NCBI RefSeq assembly: GCF_001194135.2
Contig: NC_068991.1
Span: 33,063,795 to 33,107,566, forward strand
Direction of reading: 5' to 3'
Origin: Octopus bimaculoides
Lineage: Eukaryota
Length of the DNA: 43,772 nucleotides
In this document: one piece after another, positions 36,470-43,772 of the stretch
How positions within the stretch are numbered: position 1 is the first letter of the stretch
Layout of the letters: every line of letters starts with the position of its first letter
Position numbers and translations under genes: made by a program
The notes under the pieces: generated by a model
Databases searched by the model: none
The model's input: the letters and a program-made list of their open reading frames with translations, nothing else
What the model was told of the DNA's origin: nothing

Positions 36470-36749
36470 CTGATCCAGCATAGACATGGTCCCGGACAAC
36501 ATGATCTTCATAATCTTTGTCACTTACACCTTCTAGGGGTAAGGAAGGGCACACCTCATTTACACCATATCGACAAACGTAAGATCCACCTTCTTTGGAA
36601 CAATGAAAACTCCGCAGGTGATAACAGAACTCCTTTGGAGACTTGAAATGTCCAGTTTTTTTGCAGACAACACAAACTTTCCATTGACTTGGAATCCCTG
36701 AATTACTTTGACTTGTCCATGGTTGAGAATTCAATGTAGATGATGCCAT
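36470..36749 (-). CDS. VPS54: VPS54 first coding exon (93 codons + 1 nt), containing a tandem zinc-finger-like N-terminal domain
   Basis: ATG at 36749 in strong context (gacATGG). MASSTLNSQP resembles the MASS start I recall for vertebrate VPS54. The donor TCAG|GTATGT at 36469 is phase 1, matching the phase-1 acceptor of the recognisable VPS54 exon at 16955. The link spans a 19.5-kb intron and is inferred. Confidence 0.75.
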
Positions 36750-36776
36750 GTCATGTCAGAGCAAATCATGCAGACC

Positions 36777-36777
<1 letters not shown>

Positions 36778-36829
<52 letters not shown>

Positions 36830-36848
36830 TGTCTCTGTGTGTGTATAC

Positions 36849-36893
<45 letters not shown>

Positions 36894-36900
36894 TCACACT
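36778..36900. repeat. (TAA)n plus (TA)n/(CA)n compound microsatellite just upstream of the VPS54 start exon
   Basis: Direct reading of the sequence. Confidence 0.95.
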
Positions 36901-37574
36901 CACACACTTATGTATATATATGCATATTTATGTATGTGTAGGGAAATGTGAATGAATATAAATTAAATTTTATAAATCAATAGTTTTCATTTCTCACTTA
37001 AATGCAGACAAGATTTCTTGAATGATTATGTTTTTCCATTTNNNNNNNNNNNNNNNNNNNNNNNNNNNNNNNNNNNNNNNNNNNNNNNNNNNNNNNNNNN
37101 NNNNNNNNNNNNNNNNNNNNNNNNNNNNNNNNNNNNNNNNNNNNNNNNNNNNNNNNNNNNNNNNNNNNNNNNNNNNNNNNNNNNNNNNNNNNNNNNNNNN
37201 NNNNNNNNNNNNNNNNNNNNNNNNNNNNNNNNNNNNNNNNNNNNNNNNNNNNNNNNNNNNNNNNNNNNNNNNNNNNNNNNNNNNNNNNNNNNNNNNNNNN
37301 NNNNNNNNNNNNNNNNNNNNNNNNNNNNNNNNNNNNNNNNNNNNNNNNNNNNNNNNNNNNNNNNNNNNNNNNNNNNNNNNNNNNNNNNNNNNNNNNNNNN
37401 NNNNNNNNNNNNNNNNNNNNNNNNNNNNNNNNNNNNNNNNNNNNNNNNNNNNNNNNNNNNNNNNNNNNNNNNNNNNNNNNNNNNNNNNNNNNNNNNNNNN
37501 NNNNNNNNNNNNNNNNNNNNNNNNNNNNNNNNNNNNNNNNNNNNNNNNNNNNNNNNNNNNNNNNNNNNNNNNNN

Positions 37575-38634
37575 GGCCGCAAAAGTTACTCACGGCATTT
37601 GTGCTGTGTATGGAGAGAGTGCCATAGCTGAAAGAACTGCTAATGGTTGGTATGCCAAGTTCAAAAATGGAAATTTTGACCTCAAAGACGCACCGCGTTC
37701 TGGACGTCCAGTTGAGTTTGATGAAGAGCGATTAAACCATCTTTTGCATGAAAATTCTCGTCAAACAAGGGAACTGGCAGAAGAAATGGAATGCTCCCAC
37801 ACTGCTATAGAGAAGCATTTTCATTCGATGGGAAAGATTCAGAAGTATGGAGCATGGGTTCTGCATGCTTTAAGTGACAACAATAAAAATCAATGAGCCA
37901 CAATATCTCTGCTGGTTTGCTTGCTTGTCACTGCTCAATTCATGGACACAAGCAATGATTTCTGTAGCGAATCGTTACTGGCGACAAAAAGTGGTGCCTG
38001 TACATCAGTATGAAGCAGCATAAGGAATGGCTTAGCCCCGGTAAACAAGTGACACTGTGCATGAAACAAAATCTTCATCTGTATAAAACTATGTTGTGTG
38101 TATGGTGGGACTGAGAAGAGATTATCCATTACGAATTGCTTGAATGGAACCAAACAGTCAATGCGAAACTCTATGTTCAACAGATGGAATGACTCAACAC
38201 GGCTATTCAAAAGAAAAGACCTAATCGGCAGCATAGAGTTCTGCTGCTGCACAACAACGCCCACCCTCATATCGCCATATCGCCAATATGACCAAGGAAG
38301 CCATTCAAACGCATGGCTGGGAAGTGCTGCCACACCTGCCGTACTCTCCTGATTTGGCACTAACGGATTTCCACCTCTTTCGATCTCTTTCAAATGCTAA
38401 GCGCAGAGTTTCGTTCAATGCTGATGCAGAATTGAGAGCTTGGTTGGATCAATTTTTCGAGTCGAAATCGGGTGATTTCTACCAATGATGTATTGAAAAT
38501 CTTGTTGAACATTGGGAAGAAGTTGTCAACGACAAGGGTGAATACATAATTGATTAATTAGTTGTTATTTTTTTTATTAAATCTTTTAAAAAATTTAAAT
38601 TTAAAAAACGGCGGGGACTTAGTTGCCAACCCAA
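37575..38634 (+). mobile_element. mariner transposon (DD34D type), pseudogenised; 5' end in gap
   Basis: PRSGRP, GAWVLHAL, RIVTGDKKW and YSPDLALTDFHLF; right TIR cttagttgccaacccaa|TA. Confidence 0.92.
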
Positions 38635-39082
38635 TATATAAATGATTGTAAAATAAATTATTACATTTTGATAAATTGCATTCATTAGATAACACACATA
38701 CATATGTTTGTTAGTTTAACAACCATTTTGCCACACCAGCATAGGTTGGTGGTATACTCTTGCTAACCTGTTACATATCATACTGTTGCTTCCAGCTGCT
38801 AACCTTTACCTGTATTCAAGTATGGAACTTTTTATTCCACATGTCTTTAAAATACAGAGCTCAGAGAACAATTCTTTTGACAGGGAATGTCAACAAAAAT
38901 TATCATTTTTAACTCCACGCTTTTCATGTGAAGCAAGGAATATAAACATTTACATGCACATATACACACAAAACAAATTTTCATAAAGTTCCTGTCTACA
39001 AAAATACTTACAAGGCATTAGTTAGCCCAAAAGCTACAGTAGAAAGCATTTGTCCAACATGCTGAAATAAAGCTGAAGGCCA

Positions 39083-39514
39083 TGTAGGAAGGAATTTCAA
39101 CCATGTTTCGTGGTCTGCTACCACAACAGCTCCTTTATAGGATCCAGTTAGCTCAAGACATCATCAGGAGGAACCACGTCCGGTTTCGGCCCCTACTCCT
39201 CTACCGTTTTGATGTGGTGGGGCCCCCCCTTTCGGAGGTGTCTTCAGCTCTGGTGTTGGGTGTATGTCTTCTTTCTTCTATTCCCTGGCCTCTTCGATGC
39301 AGCATCAATGAGTGTCAGCGTCCGACTGATTGTCATGTCAAATTCCCCTTTTTATACCTGCTGCTAGGCTCCAGCAGGCTGCCCCAGCAAGTTTTCACGT
39401 GACACTGTCTAAACTTCCTGCTGCTAGGCTCCAGCAAGTAGCCCCAGCAAGTTGTCACATGACACTGTCTAAACTTTAACTGACAATGGAGGGCGCGAAG
39501 CAAACTCTGTAACA
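39083..39514 (-). mobile_element. LTR/pLTR-like element with a TATA box, a 60-bp tandem duplication and two hammerhead-like motifs
   Basis: TG...CA termini (no matching TSD); TATAAAAA at 39349-39356; repeat units 39357-39416 and 39417-39476; CTGAAGA...GAAAC and CTGATGA...GAAAC cores. Confidence 0.6.
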
Positions 39515-40011
39515 ATGTACTCGTACTTGTACCCTTACAAACCTATTATTTTATTTTATATGGGGGTTTTTTTTCTCATGTTAGCACATATGAGACAAAT
39601 AAATATTGGCTTTATTTTAAAGTAAAATGCCCTTACTTCATTCCAGTCATCTTCAAAAATGCAGGGTTAATGGATTATTTGTTGACTAGAAAATGACAAC
39701 AGATACCACAATCTGTAGCTCAGCAGAGTGTACTGGTGCATTTTAGTGCATAATAGAGGTTGGCACATCCTTAGAAACGAAAGATTAATAAACAATTCTC
39801 TTACATCAATCATTTATAGGCCTTCACTTTAGAGACTGGTATCAAAACTTTACCACCTACATGATCCATCTATATCTCATCTTTTAGACTGGAAGCTTCC
39901 AAGCTGATGGTAGCATCTTGGAATGTGTTGACTATTTCTGCCCAAATTTCAATCAAATCTGAGAGTTCAGTTTTATCCTCCACTCTTTCCCTTCAATATC
40001 TCAATAATTTA

Positions 40012-40570
40012 CAGGGTGACCCAAAAAAACAGAACCCACAAATCTTTGAGTAAAACTGTTTGAATAAAATGATGCAGAAAGATAGAACAAGATGAACAGT
40101 AGTTCCAGCAAGACAGGGCCACTCCCCACACATCAAATGACTCCCTAGCCTGGCTGAGAGAGCGATTTCAGGAGAAACTGATCAGCAGGAAGTGTGATGT
40201 TGAGTGGGCACCATATTCACCAGACTTGAACCCCACTCACCAGATTTTTATCTGTAGGGGTATCTCAAGGATATTGTTTACCAGAACAACCCCCAAACAA
40301 TTGGTGAACTGAAGGCAGCAATCACAGCAGAAATCAGGTAAATCCCCAAAGAGGAATGTGTTCGAGTAATTGACAATTTTACATGACGTATGCAAGTGTT
40401 TGCACGATGTAAGCCATTTGGAGCATATTTTGAAAAGAGCATGACTTTTATGCAAAGGGAATGATTGTACGCAGACTGAAGTTTAAGTCCAGAAAATTTC
40501 AAGAAATTTGCTGGATCTTTGTAGGATTTAATAAAATTTTTATGGGTTCTGTTTTTTTTGGGTCACCCTG
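40012..40570 (+). mobile_element. Tc1/mariner deletion derivative, DD41D (rosa-like) spacing
   Basis: TIR CAGGGTGACCCAAAAAAACAGAACCC at both ends with TA duplications. Encodes FQQDRATPH...WAPYSPDLNP(P)DFYL*GYLK only. Confidence 0.85.
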
Positions 40571-40747
40571 TACTTATACTAAATTCAACAATGCTCACTC
40601 TTATGCAGATAACCTTGCATTCTTCCTTAATTTTCCCCAGTCATGCCAAACCTGCTTTCTCTAATTCTCTCCACCTCATGCCAAACTTGCAAGTAGTGAA
40701 ATTTGTATTTTTGTGATCACATGTACGCTGTGGTCTGTGATTTTGTC

Positions 40748-41695
40748 ATGGACAGGAAGTTGGAACAAAGAGCCAACATGAAATTTTGTGTTAAACTTGG
40801 AAAGTTTGCTACATTGACATTGAGCATGCTTTGGCAAGCTTACAGTGACAAGGCAATGGGTCATTTGCAATGTTTCAAGTGGCACAAGCACTTCAAAAAT
40901 GGAAAAACACCCCTGGAAGACAATGAGCAACCTGGAAGACCTGCCACGAGGGTCACCCCGGAAATGTAGAGAAAATTCATCAGCTTGTGCATAAGGACGT
41001 CAGAAGTTAATCAACAATATTGCTGATGTTGTTGGTCTGTTGTATGGGTCCATGCAGGCAATCTTAATGTCTGAATTGAACATGCAGTGTATCTCTGCCA
41101 AATTTATCCTGTACCTGTTGACCACTGAGCAGAAAGAACATTGGGTTGAAGTCTGTCAAGATCTCCATCAGTGTACTGCTGATGACTCATCCTTCATGTC
41201 GAGGATCATCACCGGTGACATGAGTTGGGTTTACAGATATGACCCTGAGATGAAGCAGCAGTCTTCACAATGGAAGAGCCCTTCACCTCCACAACCAAAG
41301 AGGGTACAACAGAGCCACAGCTGAATTGAGAGCATGCTCATCACATTTTTCAATATCCATGGTATTGTGCATCAAGAATTCATCTCTCAGGGCCAGACCG
41401 TCAATTGAGAGTTCTACTGCGACACCTTTAAGTGTTTAAGGGAGGGCATTCAGCAAAAGCGACCAGATCTGTGAAATGCGAAATATTGGATTCTTCACAA
41501 CAACAATGCACACTGTCACCAAGGTCTCCTCACTCATGAGTTACTCACCAAAAACATGGTATTGCTTCCGCATCTGCTCTATTCACCAGATTTAGCAACT
41601 ATGGACCTCCATCTCCTCTCTAAGATGAAAATGCAGCTCAAAGTCACTATTTTAACACCGTTGTTAGGATCCAGAGCAAATCACAGCGGGTCTTG
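40748..41695 (+). mobile_element. Second mariner transposase pseudogene (different subfamily)
   Basis: EQRANMKFCVKLGK, PGRP, RIITGDMSWVY.YDPE.KQQSSQW and YSPDLATMDLHL; multiple stops and frameshifts; TIRs not recognised. Confidence 0.88.
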
Positions 41696-42693
41696 CCAAC
41701 CACTCTGAGAGTGTAATGGATGCTTTTATGTGCCATTTGCATGAAACCAGGGTGCTTTTATGTACCACAGGCATGGGTGCCAATTTTTATGACACCACTA
41801 TCTGCCATGACTGTGATTTTGCACAGCTTGATGGGTCTTTTTCTCAAGCACGAGATACAGCCTCTGCTTGAAAGGAACTCAGCCACTTTGCCTCCATGAG
41901 GTTCAATGTTTGTATATGTATATATATATATATACTTTATTAAAAAGCAGCAAAAATATCACAAAAACNNNNNNNNNNNNNNNNNNNNNNNNNNNNNNNN
42001 NNNNNNNNNNNNNNNNNNNNNNNNNNNNNNNNNNNNNNNNNNNNNNNNNNNNNNNNNNNNNNNNNNNNGTAGTGAAGTGAAAGCACGTTATAAAAATAAA
42101 ACTACTGAACAGTAATAAAAATAATAATAATAATAATAATTGATGAAGGAAAGGAAGATAGATTGGGTACTAGTCTTTATTCAGTACGACAATTGTTTCA
42201 ACCTCTCCTGGAACTGTCCTTTTATGGGTGGGATGTTGTGGATTCAGTTGTGGATTCAGTTGCATTCAGTTGTATGGATTCGGTCTGGATCATATCAGGT
42301 ACATGCATACATAAAGTGGGGTCCTGCTAAATGTACTGAGTTCTCACAGGCATGTTGTTGTTTACCCACTGTATCCTGGTTATAACCAGTGAATGGGGCT
42401 AGCTACAATTATTGTCCTTAAATATTAAAGTTTTAACAAAATAATCTTAAAGTGCCGATCAAAGCCTTGTGTGTTATATAATTGTCATTACTATATTGAC
42501 ATATAAAATAACACATACAACTCACTTATTATTGTCATATAACAAACAGAGAAGTTCATGTATGGAATTGATCTTTTTTCTACTTCAATTGTTACATCTT
42601 TTTTCTTATAAAATACACACATATAGGAGGAGTAAATCTATATATATATAATAACATTTTGACTGTGGCTCCGAAAAAGAGTAAAATAATTAC

Positions 42694-42850
42694 CTGATCA
42701 ACGACGGGTATTACTGCTAGTATTGTATATAAAGGGTGCAATGCTGCACCAATAACCAGCTGACAGAAGATCTGCCTGTGGTTAAACTAGTAGTAACATG
42801 GAACAGCCACTTTGATGTGGCGATTAACTTTACTTGTTAGTATAGTTACT
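42694..42850 (-). other. Candidate non-coding 5' exon of VPS54 (upstream boundary unknown)
   Basis: Strong donor CAG|GTAATT at 42693 in a short stretch with no recognisable repeat and several CpGs, about 5.9 kb upstream of the ATG. No transcript evidence. Confidence 0.3.
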
Positions 42851-42882
42851 ACTCTGATCTCTTGAGATTTTACAAATATATA

Positions 42883-43254
42883 CTAGCAGCTAAACCCAGT
42901 TTCACCCGGTCGGTTTGGATGATGTGGCTGTGATCGTTTTCGGTTAGGCATAATCTATAACAGCGTTTCTCAACCTTATCATTTCGGGTTCCCTGTTTCG
43001 ATTGGAGCCTCCAGCTGTATGAAAATTTCCTGACTCACCCACCCCTTGTCAGAAAACAGCTTCAGGAGTTATGAAGAACGAATTTGTAAATAGTCTGTTT
43101 TTGAGAGCTATTCTATTGGCCCTCTGTCTAATCATTGATTTAATTATGAACATAGAAAGAAATTATACATTAATCCCTCTTTTTGTAAGCAGTTGTATCC
43201 GTAAAAATTTTATTTGCAGAGAGTAGAAATTGAAAGAAGATATATGAAATGGAC

Positions 43255-43286
<32 letters not shown>

Positions 43287-43772
43287 GCGCATGTGTATGT
43301 GTTTACAATAGTTGATTTATGGAAAAGTTTGTTAAATTTTTGAAATGCAAATATGTGAATGAAAATTAAGTTCAGACTCTACATGGTAGCTAGACCTGGT
43401 AGAAATAGCAGCCAAATCTCCCTCAAAACACCCTACTGTCTTAATCCGACAATTCTGCCTATTATGTAGTTTGAATGAGAAACTGTAAGTAATGACTAAG
43501 ATTATTAACCCCACAAAAAGGTGAAAAAAGAGAGAAAGCATAGCGAAAGCTTTGGCTGACTGTCATCCTGTACTCCCCTTGTTGCTAGCGAAATGGTATA
43601 CGATCAATGGCCGGATAAGTGTAAAAGAAAGGCGATCTTTTGAAGTTGTGGTGAGAGGGGAGAATTGATGTACGTGCGTATGTGTGTGTGAGTGTGTATG
43701 TTTGATGAGATGTGTGCGACAAAGAGAGTAATGTTGATGGTGTATGTGTATATGAGAGAGAGAGAGAGAAAG
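42883..43772 (-). mobile_element. Non-autonomous Helitron-like element, copy 2, with (GT)n/(GA)n tracts
   Basis: CTAG terminus at 42883-42886; similar to 3119-3576 up to about 43255. Its extent beyond that point is inferred. Confidence 0.6.

Noticed and set aside
39110-39122. TGGTAGCAGA on the minus strand, resembling a tRNA-iMet primer-binding site
   Set aside because: It is not preceded by an LTR-terminal CA and falls within the stem of hammerhead-like motif 2; a 10-nt match may be chance.

Overview
AT-rich, gapped animal genomic DNA. The CORE-type SINEs and abundant RTE LINEs point to a cephalopod, probably Octopus (inference). The only cellular gene is the 5' part of VPS54 (GARP complex subunit) on the minus strand. 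Its coding exons are 36470-36749, 16654-16955, 13733-13829, a 35-nt microexon at 12842-12876, and an exon running off the window at 1-14; all junction phases fit and the GT-AG sites were read directly. The first coding exon adds a tandem atypical C2H2 zinc-finger-like domain that I do not recall in human VPS54. The introns (about 19.5, 2.8, 0.86 and 12.8 kb) and the upstream region are filled with decayed mobile elements: seven RTE LINE fragments plus isolated 3' tails, two R4/Dong-type fragments, a partially tandem Penelope-like element, Helitron and Helentron-type pieces, pogo, two mariners, a DD41D Tc1/mariner derivative, a hAT MITE and CORE SINEs. The most unusual signals are (1) a ~430-bp LTR-like element upstream of VPS54 carrying two tandem hammerhead-ribozyme-like motifs, and (2) a C4HC3 PHD finger inside the reverse transcriptase domain of the RTE LINEs. 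All calls were made by eye, without database searches. Most element boundaries are approximate unless TIRs or TSDs are quoted.
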